Shown here piece after piece: positions 1 through 13,670 of a stretch of 64,000 nt of DNA (positions within the stretch are counted from its first letter, which is position 1; each line of letters opens with the position of its first letter). Below the pieces are notes generated by a model. It was given only the letters and a program-made list of their open reading frames with translations. It made no database searches and was not told where the DNA came from. The position numbers and the translations under genes were made by a program. The stretch is from positions 5,456,001-5,520,000 of the forward strand of contig OZ059898.1 in assembly GCA_964057225.1 (NCBI GenBank). The letters are read 5' to 3'. The stretch is from Auanema rhodensis (Eukaryota > Animalia > Nematoda).

Positions 1-135
1 TTCATTTGATCTAGAGAAAAGTCATGATATGAATACGTTAACTACATATACATACATACATTTAATAGATACTATATCATTCATTTAATTCGTTTGTATA
101 TATTATACTATTCAAATTCATTTTCTTCTTTATAC

Positions 136-162
136 TATATATATATATATATATATATATAT
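136..162. repeat. (TA)n microsatellite
   Basis: Direct reading of a perfect TA run. Confidence 0.95.
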
Positions 163-386
163 CTTTATTCTCATTTTCTTATTCTTTCTTTTCTCTTCAA
201 TTTTTATTGAAAGCAAAATGGATGACGTTATTCATCCATTTGTATAAGTATTCTCTTCCATATTCTTTCTATCAATATCCTCACTTCCCGTTAACCAGTA
301 GTAGTATCTCTAACCATCCCCATCATCGTCATTATCATTCATCACTTTCAATATATATTTACCAAATATAGGTTCTTTCTATTCAT

Positions 387-503
387 TTAAGCGACATCAA
401 GCGTATTCCAGTTTACAGAACAAATATCCTCCGGCAATTTCCGCCCTTTGGTTCGTATGTGAAGTTTTTTTCTTATCTCTTGCGCTAGGTCTTTGAACAT
501 CAT
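387..503 (-). CDS. Candidate small ORF or first exon (MMFKDLAQEIRKKLHIRTKGRKLPEDICSVNWNTLDVA*)
   Basis: 38-codon ATG ORF in a locally GC-richer patch, 68-80 nt downstream of a paired CACGTG element. Possible internal donor TCT|GTAAAC; downstream exons not resolved. Confidence 0.3.
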   Translation of the reverse strand: MMFKDLAQEIRKKLHIRTKGRKLPEDICSVNWNTLDVA

Positions 504-1432
504 GAAATATAAATATTTCTTCTCTTATTAGGCGGAAGTAATGACTGTTGCGAATGAAGGGGGTGGGTTCACGTGCATTTTCACGTGTGACTGATTTCCA
601 TGACATGAAGACATTAGCGTTTTGCACTACCTTTGACTCTCAACTTGCATTTTTTTCCGTAATATTTGATGTAAAAAAGAATTTTCGAAAGAGAAAACTT
701 TAAAAAACATCATATTGAAATGGGGCTGACATCAATTTGCTCATACATCTTCTTATTTAAAACATCAGAACTCAATTGAACCTGATGTGACAATATAGAA
801 TATTAAAAGCAACATAGAGACAATGAGCAGAAAAGAAATGAACAAAACGTATATGTCCTAAGAGCAATCAACAATTGAAAACACAAAATATCAATCTGTC
901 ATCTGTCCATCTTCAGAAACTATTTGAAGCTGTTTCAATTTAGCCTCAACAAATGAACGTATTGCCCTCAGGCACGTTTAGAAGGTTATGTCAGAATCTT
1001 TCAGCCCGATTGGTTTCTATGAACGATTCTTTCAACTTTTTGCCAACTAGCTCATATCATGAATTCTGCATTCGTTTTCAGTTCAAAGTGGATTACTGAT
1101 GGTGCTATACTAGATGATGTTGATGAAAAGCCAATTGGCTTTTTTTATTTTTTAACATTCACATGATGATGAAGATAGAAGACGGTGCTGATCATCGTGA
1201 TCATGATCATCTTCATCATTATAATTAACCTCATTATATATTTTTAAATGTTTTTTCTGTTTCCTCAAATATAATAAACACAAAGTTTTTGTTTTATTTT
1301 CAATTGTTATCATGATGGTGGTTAAATCTGTTATTTCCAATTTTCATTGCCATCGTCAATTCACTAACAACAGATTTTTGGGTAGGAAACAAATCATTTT
1401 CATCATCATTTCTCTTCTTCTTTTTCTTATTC

Positions 1433-1433
1433 T

Positions 1434-1470
<37 letters not shown>
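1433..1470. repeat. (CT)n microsatellite
   Basis: Near-perfect CT run; source of the spurious poly-SL ORF. Confidence 0.9.
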
Positions 1471-4400
1471 TCTTTATTCTTTCTCTCTTTATCTCACTTT
1501 TATATTTCCTTTCAAACACCAACTGCTCTACTACTTTGAAATAAAAAGTAATTGTGTTAGTTGCTTAAGAACATGAAGCAAATTAATTAAAAGTATTCAT
1601 ATACACATGTCTCAAATGATTTTGTCCTTTTATGTACTTATTGAATTAAATTATTTTAAATCTTTATCTTCAATACTTCAGCAATTAAGCTCTTCGATCA
1701 ACTTTTCATTAACTCAATTTTATATTTCTGGAAGCATAATCTCTTAGATTTAATTTTTTTTTGTTCAATACACCACAAAGAGTAAAGGAAAAATGTCACA
1801 ATAGTTAGAATTTGATCCAATCTTCTATTCTATCTTGACTTTGAGATTTGAAGCTTCTCACCTCTTTTACTTTACTAGTTCATTGTTAAAGCTGATTAGT
1901 GAGATGCTTATATAGATCCCAGCAACAATCTGATATTTCTGCTTGTGCACTATTCGTTATAGCCTGAAGCAATTACTTAAACCAGCTGAGCCAATGAAGT
2001 CGGTACGCTCCATACCTAGTAGCTGGAAAAGTCAACGAAAACTTCTATTTTCGTTATAATAAAGATGAAACATCTTTTATATTTTCTTATTTTTATTTTA
2101 AATAACTTTATTTATTAGATTCCCTTCATTTATATAAAGAAATCAGAAGATTTCTCTCTTATTAATTTGAACCCGAACTAATGAGCATCATGTATACAGA
2201 TTTTTGAGACGATTTCTTGTTAATTTTATGCTTTGTATCAAATTAATTCAGAGAAATAATCTAATACATGTATGTACATACATCTATCTATATTACTATC
2301 TTCTTTCACTCATTTACTATCATTTCATTTATTTTTTAAAAATTTTAATTTATAAATTAAAATATTTTTAAGTTTACCATATACATCAATGTATTATTCA
2401 CTTTTATAAATGATTTTCTTTTCAAATTGATATTCAATCCTTATAGATTAGACTATTGTTTGAAATATTTTTTTTTGTTTCTCAAATTTTCCTAACAATT
2501 TTTCTGATTATCTCATTTAATTAAGTTACAACGATTGAACTTTATAACCAAAAAAAAAAGATTTTTTGTTAGTGTTTGAACTTTCAAACTGATAATTCAA
2601 CTTTGATTTCATACATATACATACTATTCTATTTTCTATTCTAAAGCAGAAAAACATTCAGAAAAGAACATTTAAACAGAATTTAGCCAATCAATCAGCT
2701 TTTCTCTTTGTACATTATGCCATTGCTGCTATACTAAATAACGGATATTACTCGAAACATTTATCCATTTACCTCTAAAGATATCAGATAATCAGTTTAA
2801 TATTTTTATTCTTTTTTAAACTTTTATTCTATTTTAGTTTGAAGAAAAATAATTTTTTTTTCAAAATATTTGTACTTAAACTATTTCTGAAGATGATGAT
2901 GTTGTTAACAAGTTGATTAAATGTTTTTTGAGAAGATTTCTTCAACTAGCGGACATGAAAGTTCTCAAATTTCTTTAAATGATCTCTTCAAAATCTGTTG
3001 AGTTTCATGATCATTTTCTTCATCTCTTCCTCATCTATTTGATCTACTCATTCTCTTCAACGTTTCTTTTTCCTTTTTTTTGGACAACTGACTGCTAATG
3101 AAGCAAAAAGATAGAAAAATTGTGAAAGAGAAGAACTAAACTATAGAAAAAGGAAGTTGAAGTTGTAACTGCGAGGAACTCATGTCAAATTGTTCAAAAA
3201 AAACTGATTTGTTCATCCATTTATTCAAAAATTAAGGAATTCTCAAGATGAAAATGCAAAGTGGTCCGACAGACTTCCTTCAATGTTCTTTCTTCACCTT
3301 CCCTATTCATGATGTTTTACTAGCAAATCAAATAACAAAGTGAATTCCATCATCTTCTGAATAAGATGCTCAGAACATAAAAAGTTCATCTTCTTAACTT
3401 GTATATAAGAGAAATTTATTCATTTTGATGTTATCTGTCGTTATCGCTTTTGAAATATTTTTATTATTTATTATTCAATTTTCGATAAACTATTAGGAAT
3501 TTTGATCAATTTTAAAAGCAAAGAGTTCAATCCTGATTGAGATCATTGGGACTAATTGAAAATGTTTTTTCTGAAGCCTAACATATCTAGAAAATACATC
3601 TATGCTTATATTTATTTGTTTGATATTAAATTATTATATAAACATCAATTAATAATATATTTCTTCGGTAACTTAAGCTTTTTCTTAGATTTAGATTGGA
3701 ACTTTAAAAAATTTTTGGCAAAGAGCTTTGATCGCTTCAGGGCGTTTTGCTTATTCAATTCAAAAGCTTATTGTTATTCCTTCTATCTCTATCTCTAACT
3801 ATATACTTTTCTGTTTCCATCATTTTATTATTATTATTATTATTTTATTAAATATATTTATCGTACTTATTCATTATTTTTGAATATTTGATAAGAAAAT
3901 AATCAAAACAATCTACGTTTTCAAACTTCATTTGAGTCTGAGTATTCATATAATCTTTCCCACACATTCATGCTGATTATTTTGGCTAATTTCTCAAGAT
4001 ATATAGAGAGGAAGCCAGAAATCCTTGAGTTATGAACTGAGCTTTCATCATCCCTTTATATGTCATTTTCCCTAAGAAAGATATCATTCTTATCGTGGGC
4101 CTTCAGATGTTATTGTGTGAAGATATGAATAGATGTATGATGTTAATAATTATTTGTGTGGATTCATCAGCACGTGATCATATGCTAGTCTTTTCTTTAT
4201 TTATTTTTAAATTTATTCAACTTATCCTATCTTAACTTATTTAATACTAGGATATTCTTTACTGATTTGTTTAAGCATGAAACATGGATGGCTTTTTGTG
4301 TCTATGAATAGCATACAATTCAGTTCACTCAACTGATGAAGATGCTGCTTCATGTTCACTGATTCGAGCATTTGATTAGATGTTTTAAGCAAATTCATTA

Positions 4401-4592
4401 CTTGGAGTTTGAGAGAAATACATCAAAATGCTTTAATGAGATGTAAACTATTTAGATGTACTTATGACATGCTCATCTGATAGTTTCTGTTATAAAGCTT
4501 TTCTCTCTTTCTGATGTACGATGAACTCTTTTTCATCTTCTCACTCTTTCGGTCACAAAGACCATCATCCTTCTCTTTACCATCCAACTATT

Positions 4593-4656
<64 letters not shown>
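4593..4656. repeat. (TC)n microsatellite, about 64 bp
   Basis: Direct reading; one interruption. Confidence 0.95.
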
Positions 4657-4659
<3 letters not shown>

Positions 4660-7600
4660 CTTTCTTTCTCTCTCTATCTTTTTCTTTCTTTGACTTTTCT
4701 CTTTCTATTTCTCACTAGTTTATCTCCTATACTCTCATTTTTCTTTTATAGTCATCATGCATCCTCAATATCTATCATCTCATTAACATGCTCCTAAATC
4801 GTCACGAACTTCAGATCCGCTTTTCAACTTTTCTCATTCATTCCGCCACCCATTTTATGGCTCCCTCTCTATTCCTTTCTCTCTCTCTTTGATCATATCT
4901 TTTACCGCTCTCATTATTAATTTTTATCCTTTTCCTGTATCTCTCTACTCTCTCATTCCATCGTTCTTTCTTTTATTCTTTTTCTCATTTTTTTACAATA
5001 TGTCAATTTAAAATTTTCTATTCATATCGAAAAAATTTTGAAAAAGTTGACTTTGTATTAAATTCACATAATATTTTCTCAGTCTTGATCAAGTTATCTC
5101 TAATGTTATTTCGCTTTTGGATCAAAGCTTTGATAGTTGCAAGCAGAAACATAAGTTATTTCGATTCAATTTCAAATTTATATATATATATGAATGCATA
5201 TATACATATGTATACATATAACTATATGTAAAATATCATTTTTATCTATAAATTTTCCTATTTCTTCATTCTTTTCTAATGTAAATTGTTTTTTTTTCAT
5301 CACTGAAATTTTTATTTTAAAAAAAGATAATTATTAGAAAAATTGATTGATAGAAACTTTATTTAATACTATTTATGTATATTTATAGATTTATATACTA
5401 TACTATATGTATATACAAATATAAATTCTAGAATAATCTCAATATATGGAGATGAAAAGAGTTATAATTCATTTAAAAAGCTTAAATATATTGTAAATAT
5501 TTGTTCATGTTTATATCATATAGCTAATATGTTTCATAGCATTTTTTTACAATCTTATATAGTATATCTATCATTTGTTCGTTTATTCAATTTCTTTTTT
5601 TTCTTTTTTTTTGGCGATCTATGCACAAGTATTTTCCCATATTAATTTCGGTATTTTCCATATTTATTATATAAATAACAATCTACAATGTTTTTATTTC
5701 ATGCAAATCTATTTAATATCCAAAAAAAGAAAACTATACAAATAGAAAGTTCTTCTCATCATTTTGCTAATTTTTTTTTAAATTCCCAGCAAAACGTTTA
5801 GTTTTGTAAAAAAAATTGAATCAAAAACTTATTTGTTTTGTTGAGTTAAATATTTATAATTTATAGATATTATTCTATCTTTCTTACTCATTTTTTCTGT
5901 TTTTTTAAACCATTCTTCGAATCTATAAATATATTTGAAACAAAACAACTGTATAGTCATATGAAATCAATGAATATGTAGTTCAGCTGCTCAGTTTTTA
6001 TCACATTTTCGGCTTCTTTTCTCGTCTTTCTTCATCATGATCCTTGTTTATATTTGAATCAATCCAACAGAAATTTGAGAAATAGATCAAGACATAAGGA
6101 GAGAGAGAGAGAGAGAAAGCGAAAGGAGGTAGGAACAGAGTAAATGAGTGAAGTGGAATAAGAAGAAAAAGTGAGAATAACGATAAAGAGACGGGGGAAA
6201 ATAGCTTAACAACTCAAAGTAATGACTAAGTATAGGCATATATAAGAATATATATTTATTATTTTTAATTTTATTTATTTATTATAATCATTCATAAACT
6301 TTTAAACATTCTCCTTATTTATATATGTATATCGCTTAATATTATTATATTTTATAAACTTTCTTGTGATTTTTAAAAATATAGTATATATACATATATT
6401 TTTGAATTGTGAAAACGGTGTTTTTCCCTTAATTTTCTTTTTTTTCACATTTTTCTCATTTAAATTTCACTTTTTTCTTTTGAATTTACTGCTCATCATA
6501 TCGTCTTCATATTTTTCTGTGGTGATGATGAATAATTGTAAAGAGGATGAAGATAAACTAGGCAAATTCTAAATAGAGAAGGAAAAGAAGAAGCACATGA
6601 AAAGAGAAAAAAAAAGAGGAAAAGCTGAGAAAAGAAGTTTTTGTGAAGAATCGAGCAAATCAATGTACATAATCAGCTCAGTCTGATACTTATCCGCTGA
6701 GCCATTTTCCCAGTTATTGCTAAAGATGAGACTTGATGTCCTCTCTCAAAATTTTATTTCACTTATCCACAGTTTTCTCTTTTTTTCTTTCTTTTTTTCT
6801 TTTTTCCTTATCTATTTTTAAATAAATATATGTGTTAATAATAATAATAAATTTAAAAACTTTTATAATAAATTAATTTATTATATATTTAAAGTTTTAT
6901 CTGATAAATTATATAAAAATAATTATATTAAACTGTTATCATACAACATACATACATGTGTATGTATATGTGTATATGATACACAGTTCATTGTTTATAA
7001 TATTTTTTATAATTAAGAATATTCATTTGAAATATTAATATCATTAACTTAAAATATTTTATTATATTATTTTCTTGTTAACTGTTTTTTTCGATAATAG
7101 GCTATATGATTGAAGTGTTATGTTCCATATTTTATTCTCATCATCCCAAAAACTGCAAAATATGGATAAAAAGGTTGATACAATGCAATAGCCGAAGCAG
7201 CATTAAGCTGCAAAAAAAAGCTTGAATAACGAATTCAATTAAGTTTCAAAAGTTTTCATTAATTACCTCTAGGATCATTGACCTAATACATACATACATA
7301 TACTTCATTTTTTATTTGAAAAATGGTGCAAAGATTAATCTGAAATCGAAAAAATATTTTTTTTTTATGAAAATTGTGACTTTTTTTTTAATAAAAGTAC
7401 ATTGATTCATTAATGAGTATACATATTTTGTTTTTTTTATATTTTAATTTTAAAAAATATAATAAATAAATAATATTTGAATTGAAATAAAACGTATATA
7501 TGTATATACTGAATGTACTTACTAATTTGTGATTTTATGTGTGATTGTATATATACATCCCAATATTCCCAAAAGACTCAATTTAGAATGAAAATGTCTT

Positions 7601-10392
7601 TCAATTTCCTTTATCCTATTGCTCTTTCATGTCCAGTTTAACTTGATTTTTCATAATTCTCAACCAACCATTATCATCATCATCATCTTTTTCATTTTTG
7701 ATGTCAAGTCTATGAGATGAAGTCAAATATTGAACGAAACAATAAGAAGAAAAGATATTTCATGTATATAGTTTTCGTTATTTTAATTGAAAATAATTAT
7801 TTATTTTTATTTTATAATTACAATTATCTCATTTTTCTTCTTAATAATTGATTCAAGGATGTATGTACATTTTAATTTCTTTCTAAAATTATAATTAAAC
7901 TTATACATAATACATATATATATAGCATAGTATATTAAATATATACTATATGTACTTTATCTTAACTATATGTATATTTTATATTTTTTTAAACATATTT
8001 ATACTAATTATAGTAAATTTTCTTATCATGAAGATGATTAAGTAAAAAGTTATTTTTTGAACAAAAAAAAAATCTGTTTTTTCCGTTCATTGAACAGAGA
8101 ACAGAGAATATATAAATATATACATAATATATAATATAAGTGTCTGTTAATATTCTTGAAGTTTCAATTTCACTACATACATATCTGTATATTAAACCTT
8201 AAAAAGCTTCATGTTGATACTGAATACAAGAGCTTCTAATCTGATTAGCATTTTTGGTAAACATAAACGTGTAGGAACTAAATCAATTCAATATAATTAT
8301 TTATGTGTTGGGAACTATTCAATTTTTACTTCCCTTTTCTAATCCAAAGTTTCCTTTCCTTCTCATTTTTTTTGTTTTTTTTTCTTTTCTCTCTTCTTTA
8401 CCAACTATTGAATACTTTTTGTTTTAAATCTATAACATTTAATAGTTAGAAATGATTAAAGAGCGCAAATATTCAAATCTTAAATGTTGAATTCTGAGAG
8501 ACCAAGCTCATTCACAACTTAATTGATTTTTCCATATATAGCTATTGTCATCAAACCGATTTTCTTCTTTTTCTTCTTCTTTCCTATATTAATCTATCAT
8601 ATTTATTATAGATTATTTCAAAAACAATGAATCAAAACACCCAAAATATGGATAAAGTTTTGTTTCCAAAAAAAAAAAAAAACTTAATAGTACTATTATT
8701 AGAAAATGATTTTTATTTTTTTTCCTTTGAATATACCGTAATATATGTGAACATTTTATAAAAAAATAGATTATTTTCGGATTTTAATTGCTCTTCTTGA
8801 GAACTATTAGTGATCTTTCTCATCAATTACAAATTTTATTTTCAAATATAGGTATGACGAATAATACTAAGCAAAAAAATTCTTTTTGCATAGTCAACAA
8901 GGTTGTTACAATGAATATTTAATGAAATGATTCAAAATGAAACATTGATTTTATTTTTTTTTAATTTTTGCATCAAATTAACACGCATGGTTATATATAA
9001 AATATTAAAATTTGTATATTATTTCATATCAATAAACTGTTTGATCTAAAAACTTTTTTTTAATAAAAAAAAAAGTTTGTGAACATTTACTTTATCTATT
9101 CTTCTTTTTCTTTTCTTTTTCTTAAACTTTGCTCACTAGAATAATCAATGAACATTGTTTTTCTTTATTTTGTTTTCTTTTCAAAATACTTCACGTCATG
9201 TCTTGAGCTTATGATCTATTCAAAAGGCTAACTATTACTGAACGTAATACTATACCTAATTCATGTTATAAATATATTTTTGTCACAAAAAAGTTTACGA
9301 AAAACTATATTGTTCCAGAAACATTTGCATCCTCTTTCAAGATATTTTTCTATACTTAAAGTTCACAACATTGTTTGTTAATTTAAAAATAAATTATATT
9401 ATTTATATCTAACTATATAGCTCTTTCATGTATATTTGAATCAAGTTGTCTTTTGTTCATCCATTTTTTTTTATTTTTCATTCACATATTAAGTTTTTCT
9501 GATATAAATATGAATGAATTATATTTTTTCTTTTCTTGATATCTTCTTTTTTCTGGAATTTATAAAGACCTTGAGTACTTTTAAAAGATTATACTAAAGC
9601 TGAACTTTGAAAAATAAAGTTTTTGCATTAAAATCAATTGCAAACTTCCCGTTATATATTCTCTCTCTATATATAATCTCTCACAAGTAGATAAATCCAA
9701 TTGGTTTACTGAATGAAATAGTTAGAACATCTATGTTTTATACGCAATATTCATACAAATTCTTTTTTTTTCTTTTTTTTCCAATTTATCTATATTTATT
9801 TTAAATTTTATTTTTAATTTATGAATTATATAACATACAAATGAGTTTTTTATGTAATTCTTAGTATCTATTTTCAATTGCAGTAAACACGAAAACATTT
9901 TATTTAGTTCAAAACTTAAGGCTTCTTCTATTTTGTTCCTTCTGTCTCATTGTGTCGTACAAAATTAATGATTGGTTATACTTAATTCAAGCTTAATAAG
10001 CTGTTTTTAAGTTCCCTCTTACCATGTGGTCACTTTTTCTTCTTCTTTTTGTATTCAAACTTATATATTTTTCCAATTGATAATTCATAGTTATTCAAGA
10101 CTATGTTTATTCCATTCGTTTTTCTATATTTCTGATCTCTACCGTTACCATAACTTAGTAGTTCTTTAGTTTTTTTTTCTTACAGCTTAACTAAACTATG
10201 TATAGTTAAGTTAAAACATTAATTTATTTTTATATAAAGTTTATTAATATATTCTTGGAATAAAATATTAAGAATTATATAATCATTTCAATATATTAGA
10301 ATATATGAAACTTAATTTTACTTTGTTCCGTTTTATAAATTATTTCATTTTCAAATATTTCCTTTACTATTAGTTCTTTTATTAGCTTCAAA

Positions 10393-13300
10393 ATGACTGG
10401 TATCATACCGGAAGCTCCCTGGAACTATTCATTACCGCATTATAATGTAGCCAAGACTTTCCAGGTTTGAAAAAAAAACGAAATAAATTTAAATAAAATA
10501 ATAAAATAATTTTATTATAATTTTATAATTTATTTATATCATATATGTTTAGGTGTGCGAAGAAATGTTAAATAATGCCAACATTCCATATTATCCGCAG
10601 CTAAGTAAGTAAAAATATTTTTATTTTTTAATTAAATGTTATTGAATATATATATATTTTTTTTTTCTTAAGATGATAGTATGTTATACTGTAATGCTAC
10701 ATATGATACCGTCTTATGCTGGCCACCAGCTCCAGCAGGAACAAGCGTAACGTTGCCGTGTCCCCCCTTAAAAGGGTTGGATCCGACCAGTATGTTTAAA
10801 TTACATCAAATATATTTTTAAACCAAAAAAATTGATTATATCTTTTGAATTAAAATATAATAATAATAATAAAATAATAATAAAATATAATATAAATCAA
10901 AATTATAAATATTAGCATATATCGGCCATATAATACTTAAGAACCCAATTAAATTAATAATATTTTATTAAAATTATATACATACGTAGATATGTATGTA
11001 TTTAATTTATTATTTTAATTTTTAAATAAAACAAACAGTATATACTATAATATTTGAATTTTGTAAAATAATAAGAGGCAATGAGTTTCAATTTTGCAAA
11101 TAATCCAAAATACAGCTGTTTGAATACTCAAGATGCTTTGAATTAAAATATATTATAGCCTCAGCTATTATATATATGTATTTATTTATTTTTATTTATT
11201 TATTAATAAATTTAATAAATTATGAATCATAAAAGTTTCATTTAGATTATTTCCACCCCCTCCCCTTTTTTCCCCTTATTTATATTATTATTTATTTATT
11301 TTATAGTTTTTGCAAATCAGTTATGATGATGAGCTTTGAAACCTTTTTTAAGTTTTGCTCAATTTATCCCTTCAATTAAGCTTCCTAAATATTGCTCTAG
11401 AGATTAGTCAATTTTTGCATTTTACAACTAACCAATTTCCATTTTTTTAAACTTTTCCATTCATATCTCTTGATTTTAATTATTCTTGGAAAAGATTGTA
11501 AAATAAATGGAAAATGAATAAAATATAAATTATTTGGCATTGAGAAGTACCGATATACATACATTTCGAGATGAATTCGACTTCTTTCTAATGTTAATAA
11601 CATTTAACATGTGACAAACGATTTAAATTAAAACTATCGTAGTCATAAGGAATGCTTGAATTTTCTCGTTATCATTGTTTTGTTTGATGATTTGTAAATT
11701 TTAAAAAATATCGTTACAACTTGCTTTCTCCTTCCTCTTCGTGTGTGGACGTCACCTGTGCTTCAGAAAACATCCAGAAATATTGCGACGATACGGGAAG
11801 ATGGGCTGGACGAGAGCCCGGCAAATACGAAAATCCATGGGGCTGGACCAACTTCACGCCTTGCTTCCGCATCGACTTCGAGGACGTGAAAGTACGAAAA
11901 GCTTTTCGCGTGAATTTTTTCACGTCGATATTGTAATGTTTTGTGCGTGTGTCTGAGTTTATCTGCTTATATCTCTTTTACCCATTTTGGTTTCATATGA
12001 AGCTTGAAAAATATTTCTGAATGGTATACAGATATGTAAGGATATATACATTACATATAGCCGTTCATTCATTGTTTTAGCTCTCAATTTTACCTTTTAT
12101 ACATATTTCTTACCTTGTTTAATCATCCATCACACAATACACCAAACATACAGCTTCACATATAGCACATATTTATATATATATATATATAGTATATATA
12201 GTATATATAGTATATATATAAATATATTCACATATACACATTCACATTATCACTTTTTTTCACATAAATATATATTATGATATTGTGAGTGAATTATATA
12301 GTATATTATTTTATTTATTTTGATAATATCAGTGTCATTTACACTTAAATCACAAATCAAAATTCTATCCAATATCCTCATTTACAAAAAAAAATTAATT
12401 ATTATATTATAAATAATATTTTTGTAAGTTTTTTCTTATATCCTATAAGTTAATTTAATACTTTTTCTTTCTCTTTTCATCCTTTTTCTCTTCCTATAGT
12501 ACCTGAGCATGTCACTTTTTTTAGTTTGTAATAAGCTTGATAGATTACTATGTGCTTTTCTGCTGTGCTTAAGGCTGTTTGAGTTAACTTGCTATATAAC
12601 ATATATACATATAAAAACAAAATATATTATATATATATGTATATATTCAATGCTTATTACATAATTATTATGTATAATATTGATAAAATTAACTTTGAAA
12701 CTAAATAGAATTATCAATATCTTACGTGAACAATTTTTTTTTTAAATGCTTTAGCTCAGCAAGTCATATTGTTGTAATAATATAAGAATAATAACTAAAG
12801 AAAGATTAAGAAAATGATGAAGTTTCAAAACTTTTAATTTCTTAATTATAATATTCATTTATCATGCTGAGAAAAGTTGGTTGTCTATACCTGACATAAA
12901 CTTTCTAAACGAAAACTCATTGCTCAATCAAACCATCTTCCGAAATATTTTATATTCATATCATCCTATATATATATATAATCTGTTGATTGATTGATTT
13001 ATATCATATCATGAATATCATCAAGAATTATATTTTTTTAATTAATTTACAAAGCTTATACAACTCTCTCCTACATATCTTATTTTCTTTTTCAAAAATT
13101 TAAACTTTTATTTTTATTTTAAGCCACAAAACAAAAATTATTATTTTTGAGTTATATGTATATCATAGTAATTACCCACCATTACACACATATAATTAGT
13201 ATAGACTTCTTCAAAGTATACTATATACTATATTAATTTTATTATATTAATTTATGAAAAAAAATCACTCAATCCACAGAACTTATTTTTAATTTTTCAA

Positions 13301-13639
13301 TCAATGTTCTTCTTATGATTTGAAAAAAAAATCCAAATGAATTGAAAATATTATAAAATAAGTGATGTTTTGGAACTGTAGTATGTCTGACTGAGGCTTG
13401 TTGTTGTTGTGTTCAGAGAATATCACGAAGCACTGTCACTCAAGCGGTTATTGGATGGGTCGAAACGAATCGGACATCGGGCCAGACAACGGTTGGACGA
13501 ACTATACTATGTGTTATACAGAAGAAGTCATCTACATCATGAACAAGCTGAACAACAAATCATTAGCGGTCACTAATTTTTCCTTTTTTTCTTTTCCACC
13601 CTGTTTTTCTTATTAAAGCAAGCATACAAGCACATATAG

Positions 13640-13670
<31 letters not shown>

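Noticed and set aside
1312-4718. Hydrophobic poly-SL ORFs (1312-1539, 4521-4718), and likewise 17958-18251 and 20991-21188
   Set aside because: Translations of (CT)n microsatellites and pyrimidine tracts, with no supporting splice structure.
6937-6981. Long imperfect hairpin of CATA/TATG units
   Set aside because: Low-complexity self-complementary microsatellite-like sequence that is common throughout the window.
11714-11956. Antisense and alternative-frame ORFs over pdfr-1 exon 4A
   Set aside because: Shadows of a GC-rich true exon.
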